Shown in pieces: positions 10,376 to 21,828 of a stretch of DNA of 64,000 bases. The stretch is from an uncultured delta proteobacterium. GTDB lineage: Bacteria > Desulfobacterota > Syntrophorhabdia > Syntrophorhabdales > WCHB1-27. The position numbers and the translations under genes were made by a program. The stretch lies in the NCBI GenBank assembly GCA_963810935.1, contig CAWEPK010000010.1, positions 64,001-128,000 of the forward strand. The letters are read 5' to 3'. Under the pieces are notes generated by a model. That model worked only from the letters and a program-made list of their open reading frames with translations. It made no database searches and was not told where the DNA came from. The first letter of the stretch is position 1. The number at the start of each line of letters is the position of its first letter.

Positions 10376-12891
10376 GCCGGATTTTCCTCGTTGACGGCAA
10401 TTCATACGTATACAGGGCCTTTTTCGCAACGCCCTACCTCTCCAACTCCAAAGGGATGCCGACTAACGCTATCTATGCCTTCATCAACATGATGAAGAAG
10501 CTCGTTAACGATCAGAAGCCCGATTACATGATGGTCGTCTGGGACTCGAGGGGGCCATCCTTCCGCGCACAGATATCGGCGGAGTACAAGGCGACAAGGC
10601 CGCCCATGCCGGGGAACCTGAGCCTCCAGTTCCCGTACGTTAAGGCAATAGTCGAAAAAATGGGCATCCCGACGATAGAGAAGGAGGGTTTCGAGGCAGA
10701 CGACGTGATCGCCACGCTGGTGCGGCGCCTCTCGACAGGCGAAGATGCCGAGGTCTACGTAGTGACGAGCGACAAGGACCTTATGCAGCTCGTCGGCGAT
10801 AACGTGACGATAGTCGATACGATGAAGAACGCAGTCATGAAAAGGGCCGAGGTGGCGGAAAAATTCGGCATCGAGCCCTCCTTCATCTCCGATTTCCTGG
10901 CCCTTTCCGGCGACACCTCCGACAATATACCGGGCGTCCCCGGCATAGGCGATAAGACGGCGCGGGAGCTTATCTGCGCCTTCGGGAACATTGACGCCAT
11001 CTATGCGAACCTGGACGAGATAAAGAAACCTTCCGTCCGGCAGAAGCTTTCAGAAAACCGCGACAGGGCGGAGATGAGCAGGCAGCTTGCGACGCTGCGC
11101 TTCGACGCGCCGGTCGACGCCGGACTGGAAGAGATGCGCATGCGGGAGCCGGACCTTGCCGAGCTGCGCCAGTTGTTCAGGGAGCTCGAATTCACGTCGC
11201 TCGCAAAAGAAATCAAGGTTGACGACGAGGCACAGCCGCTCGTACAGGCAGCATCGCTCGGGGACGTGATGGGTGATACACTCTCGCTCGTCGCCCGCAT
11301 CGATGGCCGCTGTCCTTATGACATGAACCTGCAAAACATGGCCGTATCGGACGGCCACAGCGTTTTCTCGTCGCAGCGAACGGAAGACCTTTTTGCAGCG
11401 GTGAACGGGGCAAAACACGTAACCATCCATAACCTTAAGCCCCTCTTCCTCGCTGCAACCCGGGCCGGAATAGACCTTGCCCCCTCGTTTTTCGACACCA
11501 TGCTCGCCGTCTACCTCATAAGCCCGGGCAGGAAGGACTTTGCCATCGACAGCATCCTGAACGAGTTCCTGGGCAGGGAGACGGGCAACGGCGACACCAT
11601 GGCCCGGTCTGCCCTCTACCTCGGTCACCTGAAGGACGCCCTGGTGGAGCAGCTCGATGCCCTGGGGCTGCGCCGCCTGTTCGATGAAATAGAGATGCCC
11701 CTCGTCGAGGTGCTCGCGCGGATGGAATGCTTGGGCGTGCGGGTAGACCGCTCGGCCTTCGCCGCACTCTCCCGCGATTTCGACTCGAGGATCAACACCA
11801 TCGTGAGCCGCATATACGAAGAGGCAGGGGAAACGTTCAACATCAACTCGCCGCAGCAGCTCGTGCGGATCCTTTTCGAAAAGCTCAACCTGCCGGCGCT
11901 CAAGAAGACAAAGAAGTCCCTCTCGACCGACAACGAGGTGCTCCAGGCCCTCTCCAACCTCCATCCGCTGCCTGCGCAAATACTGGAATACCGGTCGCTC
12001 GCAAAACTGAAGGGCACGTATATTGACAGCCTGCCCGGCCTCATCCACGCGTCCACCGGGCGTATCCACGCCTCCTTCAACCAGATGGTCGTGGCAACGG
12101 GCCGCCTGTCTTCGAGCGACCCCAACCTCCAGAACATACCGATAAAGGGGGTGGAGGGCAAAAAGATACGCGAGGCCTTCGTGCCGGAAGACGGGTTTAC
12201 GATCGTCTCGTCCGACTATTCGCAGATCGAGCTGCGTGTCCTTGCGCACGTATCCGGGGACGAGCTGCTGGTCGATGCCTTCAGGAACGACCAGGACATC
12301 CACAGCAGGGTCGCCCAGGAGGTCTTCCAGGTAGGTGCAGAGAACGTCACCGCCTCCATGCGCCGGACTGCGAAGGTGATAAACTTCGGCATCGTTTACG
12401 GCATAAGCGGCTACGGGCTGTCGAAGGAGCTGGGCGTAGGCCCCAGGGAGGCGCAAGCGTATATCGACGCGTATTTCGAGCGCCACCGGGGCATTAAGGC
12501 GTATATCGAGTCTACCCTGGAGGAAGCGCGGGCCACCGGCCTCGTGCGCACGCTATTCGGCAGGATCAGGTATATCCCGGAGCTTTCGAACGCAGATGCG
12601 AACGTCAGGCAGTTCGGGGAAAGGACGGCGGCCAACACGCCGATCCAGGGGACGGCCGCAGATATCATCAAGATGGCGATGGTCTCCATCTATCGGAAAA
12701 TGAAAGATAAAAAACTCCGCTCGCGCCTCATCATGCAGATCCACGACGAGCTTGTCTTCGAAGTCGCCTCCGGCGAGGAAGAAGAGATGGAGGCGCTCAT
12801 CAGGCGCGGGATGGAACACGCGTGCGAGCTTTCAGTGCCGCTTAAGGTGACGGTAGGGAAGGGGCGGAACTGGGCTGAGGCTCACGATTAG
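10372..12891 (+). CDS. polA: DNA polymerase I
   Basis: LVDGNSYVYRAFFA 5'-3' exonuclease, TGRLSSSDPNLQNIP, DYSQIELR, AKVINFGIVYG, QIHDEL; ATGA overlap with the ahbD stop. Confidence 0.97.
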   Translation: MSRIFLVDGNSYVYRAFFATPYLSNSKGMPTNAIYAFINMMKKLVNDQKPDYMMVVWDSRGPSFRAQISAEYKATRPPMPGNLSLQFPYVKAIVEKMGIPTIEKEGFEADDVIATLVRRLSTGEDAEVYVVTSDKDLMQLVGDNVTIVDTMKNAVMKRAEVAEKFGIEPSFISDFLALSGDTSDNIPGVPGIGDKTARELICAFGNIDAIYANLDEIKKPSVRQKLSENRDRAEMSRQLATLRFDAPVDAGLEEMRMREPDLAELRQLFRELEFTSLAKEIKVDDEAQPLVQAASLGDVMGDTLSLVARIDGRCPYDMNLQNMAVSDGHSVFSSQRTEDLFAAVNGAKHVTIHNLKPLFLAATRAGIDLAPSFFDTMLAVYLISPGRKDFAIDSILNEFLGRETGNGDTMARSALYLGHLKDALVEQLDALGLRRLFDEIEMPLVEVLARMECLGVRVDRSAFAALSRDFDSRINTIVSRIYEEAGETFNINSPQQLVRILFEKLNLPALKKTKKSLSTDNEVLQALSNLHPLPAQILEYRSLAKLKGTYIDSLPGLIHASTGRIHASFNQMVVATGRLSSSDPNLQNIPIKGVEGKKIREAFVPEDGFTIVSSDYSQIELRVLAHVSGDELLVDAFRNDQDIHSRVAQEVFQVGAENVTASMRRTAKVINFGIVYGISGYGLSKELGVGPREAQAYIDAYFERHRGIKAYIESTLEEARATGLVRTLFGRIRYIPELSNADANVRQFGERTAANTPIQGTAADIIKMAMVSIYRKMKDKKLRSRLIMQIHDELVFEVASGEEEEMEALIRRGMEHACELSVPLKVTVGKGRNWAEAHD

Positions 12892-13729
12892 TCCGCTGGA
12901 GCAGGACCGACTGGAGATCGGCGCAGACTATGAAAACGAATACCGAATAGTAGAGCCAGAATAAAAAAGCGATGAACATCCCGTAGGCCCCGAAAACCGC
13001 GGTAAGCTTCACCAGCCGCAGCGCATAGAACTTGAAAAGGTTCTTGCCGGCCCCCCAGAGGAGCGTGGCGAGAAGGGTGGTCGAGAGCATCAGCATCGAC
13101 CGCTTCTTCAGCGGCGTCAGCACATAATACAATAGATAGAACATGGCAAAGATGCATGCCCCGTCTATCGCCATGAACAGATAGGCGAAGAAAGTCCCTT
13201 CCATCGGGTGATGCCTGGCCGAGATCGTTCCAACCACCTTCGTAGCCGTTACGAACATAATTACGGTGACGAAGAAGATAACTGCCTGAAGCAGCGCGAA
13301 GAGCATCGTGAACAAGAACTCTTTCCCCTTTTTCCTGAAGAACCCCTCGACCTTCTTGCCAAAGATGACCTGGAACGACGGAATCAGCATCGAGAAAAGC
13401 TTCGACGTGAAAAAGAAGAGGAAATAGAGCCCCAGAGGTCCGGAAAAGCGCTTCCATATTTCCAGGACGCGTATGTTTTTCGCCATCAGGGCCGTCACCG
13501 TGTCGTTGAAGGGCTCCGGTATCACGTTCGCCGTATAAGAGATAAGGTGCGCGTCGAGGTCCGACAGGTCGACCAGATAGCCCAGTATGGCAATGGAGAG
13601 AAGGGTGAACGGTATGAAGGTAAGGAGGATATAAAAAGCGATGGCCGCAACCATCATCGGCGCGTTGTCGCTTTGATACTTGCGGAAAAGCTCCTTGATT
13701 GTGGTCCAGACCAGCCTGATCCCGTCCAA
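12842..13729 (-). CDS. YihY/BrkB-family inner membrane protein
   Basis: AAIAFY...PF start, multiple transmembrane segments, FGAYG...LFWLYYS motif. Confidence 0.8.
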   Translation of the reverse strand: MDGIRLVWTTIKELFRKYQSDNAPMMVAAIAFYILLTFIPFTLLSIAILGYLVDLSDLDAHLISYTANVIPEPFNDTVTALMAKNIRVLEIWKRFSGPLGLYFLFFFTSKLFSMLIPSFQVIFGKKVEGFFRKKGKEFLFTMLFALLQAVIFFVTVIMFVTATKVVGTISARHHPMEGTFFAYLFMAIDGACIFAMFYLLYYVLTPLKKRSMLMLSTTLLATLLWGAGKNLFKFYALRLVKLTAVFGAYGMFIAFLFWLYYSVFVFIVCADLQSVLLQRTNREPQPSSAPSLPSP

Positions 13730-13851
13730 GTCTTTATCATAGTGCGTTGCTGACCTGTTTTCAATGCGTTAGCAACGACTCGAGGTTGAAACCCGTTAAA
13801 TTAACCCGGCCCGTATAGAAATGAATAGCCCGCTATGGTAGAATATAAGCC

Positions 13852-16459
13852 ATGATAGGCGATTTCTTAAAGAAAATTGTAGGTACGAAGAACGAGCGCG
13901 AGATAAAGCGCATAGGCCCTGTTATCGACCAGATCAACACGTTCGAAGAACGGATGCGGTCCCTTTCCGACGACGAGCTTAAAGCGGTCACACCCGCCTT
14001 CAAAAAGCGCATTGCCGACGGGGAAACGCTCGACGCCCTCCTCCCGGAGGCCTTTGCCGCGGTAAGGGAGGCGGCGAGGCGGACGGTCAACATGCGCCAC
14101 TTCGACGTCCAGCTCATCGGAGGCGTGGTGCTCCACGAGGGCAAGATCGCGGAAATGGCCACGGGCGAGGGCAAAACCCTTGTGGCCACCCTTCCCGTCT
14201 ACCTCAACGCGCTTTCCGGAGACGGCGTCCACGTCGTAACGGTGAACGACTACCTGGCAAAGCGCGACTCGGAGTGGATGGGGCCGATCTATGCCTTCCT
14301 CGGCATTTCCGTAGGCGTCGTCGTTCACGGCCTCGAGGACGAGGACCGCAAAGAGATGTACGGACGGGACGTCACTTACGGCACGAACAACGAGTTCGGC
14401 TTCGACTATCTCCGGGACAACATGAAATACTCCGTGGAAGAATTCGTCCAGCGCGGGTTCAACTACGCGATAGTCGACGAGGTTGACAGCATACTGATCG
14501 ACGAGGCCAGGACTCCGCTGATTATATCGGGTCCCGCCGAGGAATCGACCGACAAGTACTACAAGATCAACAGGCTCATCTATCAACTGAAGAAAGAGGT
14601 CGACTTTAAGGTCGATGAGAAGGCAAAGAGCGCATACCTGACGGAAGAGGGCGTCGCGAAGATCGAGAAGCTGCTGAAGGTCGATAACCTTTATGACCCG
14701 AAATACGTCGAGTTCCTCCATCACATCAACCAGGCCCTGAAGGCGCACCAGCTCTTCGCGAGGGACGTCGACTACATCGTGAAAGACGGCCAGGTCATCA
14801 TCGTAGACGAGTTCACCGGCAGGCTCATGCCCGGCAGGCGGTTCAGCGACGGCCTCCACCAGGCCTTGGAGGCGAGGGAGAACGTCAAGATCGAGCGCGA
14901 GAACCAGACCCTCGCAACGGTCACGTTCCAGAACTATTTCCGCATGTACAAGAAGCTCGCCGGCATGACGGGCACGGCCGATACCGAGGCGATGGAGTTC
15001 AGGAAGATCTATAACCTGGACGTCATCGTCATCCCCACGAACCGGTCCCTCATAAGGACGAACTACCCGGACGTCGTCTACAGGACGGAGAAGGAGAAGT
15101 TCAAGGCCGTTGTGGGCGAGATCGAAGAGCTCGTATAAGAGAGGAAAGCCCGTGCTCGTCGGCACCTTCTCCATCGACAAATCGGAGAAGCTCGCCGAGA
15201 TGCTTAAGCGCAAGGGCATACCCCATCACGTGCTGAACGCAAAGATTCACGAGCGGGAGGCGGAGATCGTGGCCCAGGCGGGCAGGTACAAGGCCGTCAC
15301 GATATCGACGAACATGGCCGGGAGAGGCACCGATATTCTTCTGGGGGGCAACCCTAATTTTCTGGCGCGCGTGCTTGCGAAAGGCAAGGACGACGAGGAG
15401 TCCAGGCAGGCCGCGCTTGATGAAGCGAAGCGCATCTGCGAAAAAGAAAAAGAACAGGTCATCGCGGAGGGAGGGCTGCACATCCTGGGCACGGAGCGGC
15501 ACGAATCACGCAGGATCGACAACCAGCTCCGCGGCCGCTCCGGCAGGCAGGGCGACCCCGGCTCGTCGCGATTCTATGTCTCCCTCGAAGACGAGATCAT
15601 GCGCATCTTCGGCTCTGACCGGATCTCTCCGATCCTCGGAAAGATGGGGATGGAAGAGGACATGCCCATAGAGCACCGCCTTATCTCGAAGGCCATCGAG
15701 AACGCCCAGACAAGGGTAGAGGCGCACAACTTCGACATCAGGAAGTACCTCCTCGAATATGACAACGTGATGAACAAGCAGCGCGAGACCATCTACGGGA
15801 TGCGCAAGGAGATCATTGAAGACGGCGACATGCGGGAACGCACGGTCGAGCTGGTCGACGAGATCGTCGAAGCCTTCGTGGACGAGTACGCGCCCGAAAA
15901 AGTCTATCCTGAGGAATGGGACATCGAGTCCCTGAAAAACCGCATCTACGAGACGTTTTTCTTCCGCATCGACCTCGGCGCGATAGATTTCAAGTCGATA
16001 ACGAAGGCGGGGCTTCTCGACAAGGTCAAGGCCGCCGTTATGGCCGTGTACGAGGCTAAGGAGAAGGAATTCGGCGAGACGATGCGCAACATCGAGCAGT
16101 ATATCGCCTTAAGCTCGCTTGACGCGCATTGGAAAGAGCACCTCCTTTCCCTCGACCACCTGCGGGAGGGCATCGGCCTGCGCGGTTACGGGCAGAAAGA
16201 CCCCTTGCGGGAGTATCAGAGGGAGAGCTTCGATCTTTTCCTCGATATGCTCGACAGGGTCAACACGGACACGGTGCAGAAGGTCTTCGCCATCCAGCCG
16301 GCGCGGAATGAGGAAGAGATGAAGATGGAAGGACCGGCAATCTTCTTCAACAGGGGCGAAGAGGAAACGCCCATACAGTCGGGGGGCAAGATAGGCAGGA
16401 ACGACCCCTGCCCGTGCGGAAGCGGTAAAAAATACAAAAGGTGCTGCGGCAAGGGGTAA
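13852..16459 (+). CDS. secA: Preprotein translocase SecA (frameshift near 15132)
   Basis: [59 protein letters not shown]-terminal [19 protein letters not shown]; the two ORFs join by removing one base at ~15132. Confidence 0.96.
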
Positions 16460-16462
16460 ACC

Positions 16463-17635
16463 GTGATAAAGGGCGTCCAATTCGCAGGCATCGCTTCGGG
16501 TATCAAGGCAGAAGGGCTCGATTTGGGCCTGGTCCGCTTCAGCGCCCCGGTGCCGGTCGCCGCCATCTACACGCGCAACAAGGTCAAGGCCGCGCATATC
16601 CTTTACAACAAAAGTAAGGCCGCCCCTAAAGTCCGGGCGCTCCTTGTGAACAGCGGGTGCGCCAACGCCTGCACCGGCGCGGAAGGGATTAAGGACCTTG
16701 CCTCAATCGCGGCCCGCCTCGCAGACCTTCTGGACATCAAAAAGGAAGAGATACTTTTCGCATCGACGGGCGTCATCGGCAAGCGGCTTCCTGTCGAAAC
16801 GATCAAAACCGCGCTGCCCGGTCTTGTCGCAGGCCTGGGAGAGAAGAACCTCGATACCTTTGCCCGCGCGATAATGACGACCGACACATACCCTAAGATT
16901 GTGGAGGAAATACTGCCGGGCGGCACGCACCAGGTGGCGGGCGTAGCGAAAGGCGCAGGCATGATGAACCCTTTATTTGCCACCATGCTCGCCTTCGTAT
17001 TCACCGATTACCCCATCGAACGCATGCAGCTCAAGCGCATGCTCCCCGGTCTCGGAAAACAGAGCTTCGAGCGCATCAGCGTAGACGGCGACACGAGCAC
17101 GAACGACACGGTCCTGCTCTTCTCGACAGGCGGCACGAACGATGCGGGCAAAAGCCCGGTCACTGCAGGGGGCCGCAAGGCAACGGTTGTGGAGGCCGCG
17201 ATCGGCCGCGTAATGAAGGCCCTCGCCCTACTTGTCGTCAAAGACGGCGAAGGCGCCACGAAGGTCGTCCACCTGACGGTGAAAGGGGCAGGCACCGCTG
17301 CCCTCGCGGAGCGGATCGCAAGGAGGATCGCCGCCTCACCCCTCGTCAAGACTGCGTTTTTCGGGTGCGACCCTAACTGGGGACGCATCATCGCAGCCGC
17401 TGGCGATGCGGGGGTGCCGCTCGACCCCGATAAAGTCGAGATCGCGATCCAGAATGAGGTGCTGGCGCGGCGGGGAGTAGAAGTACCTTTTTCGGAAGAA
17501 AAGATGAAAAAACTGATGGGCGGCCGTGAGATCGAGCTCGTCGTCAACCTGCACAACGGCAGGGCCGCATACGATCTGTACACCTGCGACCTGACCTACG
17601 ACTACATCAAGATAAACGCCTCTTACCGCTCGTAG
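16463..17635 (+). CDS. argJ: Bifunctional ornithine acetyltransferase/N-acetylglutamate synthase
   Basis: NSGCANACTG, STGVIG, IMTTDT, KGAGMMNP-ATML, DGDTSTND, DGEGATK, DPNWGRI, INASYRS. Confidence 0.96.
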   Translation: MIKGVQFAGIASGIKAEGLDLGLVRFSAPVPVAAIYTRNKVKAAHILYNKSKAAPKVRALLVNSGCANACTGAEGIKDLASIAARLADLLDIKKEEILFASTGVIGKRLPVETIKTALPGLVAGLGEKNLDTFARAIMTTDTYPKIVEEILPGGTHQVAGVAKGAGMMNPLFATMLAFVFTDYPIERMQLKRMLPGLGKQSFERISVDGDTSTNDTVLLFSTGGTNDAGKSPVTAGGRKATVVEAAIGRVMKALALLVVKDGEGATKVVHLTVKGAGTAALAERIARRIAASPLVKTAFFGCDPNWGRIIAAAGDAGVPLDPDKVEIAIQNEVLARRGVEVPFSEEKMKKLMGGREIELVVNLHNGRAAYDLYTCDLTYDYIKINASYRS

Positions 17636-18354
17636 CGCGCCCGCTGGCGCACCGCCTCGTATGCCGATGCGGCAAAAGCAGAGGCTACGTTGAGTGACGG
17701 GAACGCCTTCGAGGCAGGTATCTTCAGAAGCAAATCGCACCGCTCGGCCGTCAGCCTCCTGAGACCCTCTTCGCCGCCCAAAACGAGGCACAGGGGGACT
17801 GTCAGGTCAGCTTCGTAAATCTCCATTTCCGCCCTCTCGTCGAGACCGAAGCAGAAAACGTTCCTTTTCTTCATCTCCTCGATGTGGCGCGCCATGTTCG
17901 CCACACGGCTTATCCTGACGTGCTCCGTCCCTCCCCTGGAGACGTTTATCACCGTATCGGTTACCCCGCACGCCTTGTCGCGGGGGATGAAGATACCGTC
18001 GAGGCCGAAGCAGGCGGCCGTCCTGACCGCGTTCCCGAGGTTCTGCGGGTCGTAGACTGCGTCGAAGGCCACAAATAAGGGCGTCTTCAAGGCGGCTATC
18101 TCTGCGAGCACGCTGTCCGCATCGGCGTAAGCGAACTCTTCGACCTCCAGGCAGATATGCGACCTTATGTCCTTGAACCGCCGCGCCATCTGCTCTGCAG
18201 GGACAACGCGCACGGAGACGCCGGCACGCCTCGCCTCTTCGATGATATCTGCGGACACCCGCTCGCGGCCCGCCTCTACCCACAGCCTTGCGGCCTTGTC
18301 CGGGTGGGCCCGCAGGTGCTCGATGATGCTGTTTCTATTTGCCAGCCAGGGCAT
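17623..18354 (-). CDS. rlmB: TrmH/SpoU-family rRNA methyltransferase (RlmB-like)
   Basis: DPQNLGNAVRTA, LVLGGEEGL, SLNVASA SPOUT motifs. Confidence 0.8.
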   Translation of the reverse strand: MPWLANRNSIIEHLRAHPDKAARLWVEAGRERVSADIIEEARRAGVSVRVVPAEQMARRFKDIRSHICLEVEEFAYADADSVLAEIAALKTPLFVAFDAVYDPQNLGNAVRTAACFGLDGIFIPRDKACGVTDTVINVSRGGTEHVRISRVANMARHIEEMKKRNVFCFGLDERAEMEIYEADLTVPLCLVLGGEEGLRRLTAERCDLLLKIPASKAFPSLNVASAFAASAYEAVRQRARYER

Positions 18355-19069
18355 CGGTTATCTGCTCCTCTACGAGGGCAAGCGTAGCCATCGGGTCGGC
18401 CGCAGCCGTGACCGTGCGGCCGAGCACGAGATAGGTCGCCCCTTTTCGGATGGCATCGGCCGGCCCGGCTGTCCTTTTCTGGTCGTCCTTTGTCTCGGTG
18501 ACCCTGACGCCCGGCGTCACGATTACGAAATCCTTCCCGCAAGACTCGCGGATCAGCTCGAGCTCCTGTCCCGACGCGACCACGCCGTCCAGCCCCGCCT
18601 CCTTCGTCAGCACGGCGAGGCGCTTCGTCAGCTCCCTGGGCGACATCCCTATGCCCATCCTCGCAAGCTCCGCGTCGTCGATGCTCGTAAGCACGGTGAC
18701 GGCGATGATGGTGGGCCGGGTTATACCTTCTTTCCGGGCCGCCTCATCCACCGCCTCCCTGGTCGCAGCCATCATTGTGCAGCCGCCCGAGGCGTGGACG
18801 TTGAACATATCGACGCCGAGGCGCGCAGCCTCCACCCCGGCCTTCGAGACCGTATTGGGTATATCGTGATACTTCAGGTCAAGGAAGACCTTCGCGCCCC
18901 GCTCCTTCAGGAAGCTGACTATCTTCGGGCCGCATTTGGTGAAAAGCTGCTTGCCCACCTTGAACATCCCCACGCGCCCGACGAACTTCCCGGCCAGCGC
19001 GGCGGCCTCGTCGAAGCTCTCTACGTCGAGGGCGAGGATCATCCTTTCCTTCGCGTCCATACATTCCAC
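18335..19069 (-). CDS. pyrF: Orotidine-5'-phosphate decarboxylase
   Basis: ILALDV, FKVG, FLDLKYHDIPNTV, VTVLTS, VTPGVR, DDQKR. Confidence 0.97.
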   Translation of the reverse strand: MECMDAKERMILALDVESFDEAAALAGKFVGRVGMFKVGKQLFTKCGPKIVSFLKERGAKVFLDLKYHDIPNTVSKAGVEAARLGVDMFNVHASGGCTMMAATREAVDEAARKEGITRPTIIAVTVLTSIDDAELARMGIGMSPRELTKRLAVLTKEAGLDGVVASGQELELIRESCGKDFVIVTPGVRVTETKDDQKRTAGPADAIRKGATYLVLGRTVTAAADPMATLALVEEQITDALAGK

Positions 19070-19199
19070 CTCAAGTCTGGTTTTGGTTTCTTCGACCTTT
19101 ATCTGTTTTACTTCTTTTTGGTTCCCTTGTAAAGAAACCTCCGCGCCCGTTATGGAATTCGCTTCGCGGATGTTGTATTTTCTTGGGCGGATCTAAAGA

Positions 19200-20600
19200 A
19201 TGCAAAAAACAACGGCATTTGGGAAAGACCTGACCGAGGGGAGCATACCCAGGCACCTGCTCCTTTTTTCCATACCCATGCTCGCGGGCAACGCGATGCA
19301 GATAGGATACAGCCTCATAAATACCATATGGGTGGGGCACCTCGTCGGAGAAAACGCAGTCGGCGCCGTCGGCGTCAGCCTGCCGGTCTTATACGTGCTC
19401 TTCGGGGTCGCCATGGGCATGTCGGTGGCGACTACCATAGTCATTTCACAGTATTATGGAGCGAAGGACTATGCCGGCGTGGAAAGGGCGGTCGGATGCG
19501 CGTTTTCCCTGTCCCTGATCATTGCTTTGGTGCTGACCGTGGGCGGGTTGCTTTCGAGCGACCATCTCCTGCGGCTTGTGGCGACGCCGCCCGAAATCTT
19601 CGCGATGGCCTCTTCATACCTGCGAATAACACTGGCCGGGTTCACCCTGTTCTATTTCGGGATGCTCATAAACTTCATGCTGCGGGGCATAGGCGACACG
19701 ATCACGCCCCTGGTTTTTATGTCCGTGGCGCTCGGTCTCAATGCCGTCCTTGACCCGTTTTTCATCGGTGGCTTCGGACCGTTCCCCCGCCTGGGCCTCA
19801 ACGGGGCCGCTTATGCCACACTGGTCTCGCAGGCCACGGCAATAGCGGTAAACGTTATTTACCTCAACCGCAAAAGGCATTTCATAGCCTTCAACCCCCG
19901 TAAGCTTATCCTGGACAGGCGCCTTACCCTGCTTCTCTTCAAGATAGGGCTCCCCTCCATCGTGCAGCAATCGCTCGTCTCCATCGGCAGCCTCTTCATA
20001 TCGGCCTTCGTCAACGGGTTCGGCGCCCCGGCGGCCAACGCCTTTGGGGCGGCAGGCAGGGTGGACATGGTCGCCTTCATGCCTGCCCTGTCTATGAGCA
20101 TGGCCGTCTCTGCGCTTACCGGCCAGAATATCGGCGCCAGGAAAACGGCGAGGGTGAGGGAGGTATTCCGGTGGGGCATACTGATGACCTCGTCGATCAC
20201 CATCGTCATATCGCTTGTCGTCGTCTTCTTTTCAAGGCTGATACTCACGATGTTCGGCCTCGGGGACGACCCGAAGGTAATGGAGATAGGAATGGGCTAC
20301 ATGCGGATCGTCGGCGCCTCTTACCTGTTTTTCGGCATTATGTTCATATCTAACGGGGTTATAAACGGCGCAGGCCATACGATGATCACGATGATATTTA
20401 CGCTGCTCTCGCAATGGCTGGTGAGGGTGCCCGGCTCATGGCTGCTGTCCAGGACCGGCCTAGGGCTGTCCGGTATATGGATCGCCGTAGCGCTGAGCTT
20501 CGTTGTTACCATGACCATCAGCCTCCTTTATTATTTTTCTGGGAAGTGGAAAACATCGGCCGTCATCAGGGCGCCCGCCCTTCTCCCACTTATCGAATAA
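19200..20600 (+). CDS. MATE-family efflux transporter
   Basis: DLTEGSI start, LRGIGDT-TP, NAVLDP, GLNGAAYAT, GQNIGA; about 12 transmembrane segments. Confidence 0.92.
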   Translation: MQKTTAFGKDLTEGSIPRHLLLFSIPMLAGNAMQIGYSLINTIWVGHLVGENAVGAVGVSLPVLYVLFGVAMGMSVATTIVISQYYGAKDYAGVERAVGCAFSLSLIIALVLTVGGLLSSDHLLRLVATPPEIFAMASSYLRITLAGFTLFYFGMLINFMLRGIGDTITPLVFMSVALGLNAVLDPFFIGGFGPFPRLGLNGAAYATLVSQATAIAVNVIYLNRKRHFIAFNPRKLILDRRLTLLLFKIGLPSIVQQSLVSIGSLFISAFVNGFGAPAANAFGAAGRVDMVAFMPALSMSMAVSALTGQNIGARKTARVREVFRWGILMTSSITIVISLVVVFFSRLILTMFGLGDDPKVMEIGMGYMRIVGASYLFFGIMFISNGVINGAGHTMITMIFTLLSQWLVRVPGSWLLSRTGLGLSGIWIAVALSFVVTMTISLLYYFSGKWKTSAVIRAPALLPLIE

Positions 20601-20605
20601 AAATG

Positions 20606-20630
20606 GGGCCGCAACGCGGCCCTTCCCTTT
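20606..20630 (+). terminator. Possible intrinsic terminator after the MATE gene
   Basis: GGGCCGC-AAC-GCGGCCC hairpin 5 nt after the stop, followed by TTCCCTTT. Confidence 0.45.
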
Positions 20631-20696
20631 CTCATCGCCTTGTCGTACCATATAGTTAGTCCGCGCCCGGCTGGACACAAACCTAAGGAGGTTGTC

Positions 20697-21785
20697 ATGA
20701 CAGGATCGGGCCTTATCTCCTCTCTTGCCTTTGTGTTGCTCCTCGGCATGGCAGTCTCGGCCGGCGCTGCGGACAACGTCCGCCCTTTCCCCGACCGCCG
20801 CGAAGGGGTTTTTATTGCCCGCGATTTCAAGTTCCAGACCGGGGAGGTATTGCCCGAGCTTAAGCTGGGCTACACGACGCTCGGCTTGCCCCGGCGTGAC
20901 GCCTCCGGCGCGATTACGAACGCGGTGCTTCTCCTTCACGGGACAACGGGCACGGGCGGCAACTGGCTTGCGCCGTCCCTTGCAGAGGCCCTTTTCAGGG
21001 AAGGCCAGGCCCTCGATGCAGGCAAGTATTACCTGATCCTGGCAGACAGCATCGGACTGGGCCGCTCATCGAAACCGAGCGACGGCCTGAAGATCGCCTT
21101 TCCCCGATACGGGTACAAGGACATGGTCGAGGCACAGTATCGCCTGGTCACGGAGGGCCTGGGCGTCAAACACCTCCACCTGGTACTGGGGACATCGATG
21201 GGCGGGATGCAGACGTGGCTCTGGGCCGAAAGGCACCCCTATATGATGGACGGCGCAGTCGCCCTGACGAGCACGCCCGCGCAGATCTCCGGCCGCAATT
21301 TCATCTGGCGGCAGGTAATCGTGGAAGCGATCCGCAACGACCCGGACTGGAACGGGGGCAACTATACAATCCCGAAACCCACCCGGTTCATTTATGCAGT
21401 CCCGGTCTTCGCGGCAATGACCGATAGCGCGACCCACCTGCAGGAAATCGCCCCCACGCGCGAGGCGTCCGTTGCATATTACTACAAGCTCGTCATGGGC
21501 GCGAAAGGGCTCGACGCGAACGACTATCTCTATCGCTGGGAGGCATCGGCCGACTACGACCCGTGGCCGGACCTCGATAAGATCAAGACCAGGTTCCTCG
21601 CCATCAATTTTGCCGACGACCTCCTCAACCCGGCCGAGCTTAAGGTGGTGGAAAACTCCATGGAGAAGATCAAAAGCGGCAAATCGGTGCTGATCTCGCC
21701 GGCGAAGTCGATCGGTCACCAGAACCAGTCCCGGGGGGACGTATGGGGACCCTATCTGGCCGAGTTCATGAAGGGGCTGCCGTGA
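20697..21785 (+). CDS. Exported alpha/beta hydrolase, homoserine O-acetyltransferase (MetX)-like family
   Basis: AAGGAGG RBS, signal-peptide-like N-terminus, LLHGTTG, GTSMGG nucleophile elbow, DAND, D and GH catalytic positions. Confidence 0.75.
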   Translation: MTGSGLISSLAFVLLLGMAVSAGAADNVRPFPDRREGVFIARDFKFQTGEVLPELKLGYTTLGLPRRDASGAITNAVLLLHGTTGTGGNWLAPSLAEALFREGQALDAGKYYLILADSIGLGRSSKPSDGLKIAFPRYGYKDMVEAQYRLVTEGLGVKHLHLVLGTSMGGMQTWLWAERHPYMMDGAVALTSTPAQISGRNFIWRQVIVEAIRNDPDWNGGNYTIPKPTRFIYAVPVFAAMTDSATHLQEIAPTREASVAYYYKLVMGAKGLDANDYLYRWEASADYDPWPDLDKIKTRFLAINFADDLLNPAELKVVENSMEKIKSGKSVLISPAKSIGHQNQSRGDVWGPYLAEFMKGLP

Positions 21786-21828
21786 CAAAAACTGTCCGGT
21801 ATAAGCCCGAGCCGCAGGGGGTTGAACT

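Noticed and set aside
11050..12486. Long antisense ORFs (also 13867-15219, 22619-24232, 51513-52691, 56152-57306)
   Set aside because: They are shadows of well-supported genes on the opposite strand, expected in GC-rich coding DNA, and show no recognisable motifs.
13852..16459. Split secA or programmed frameshift
   Set aside because: No slippery sequence at the break, the gene is essential, and similar indels occur across the window; most likely a sequence error.
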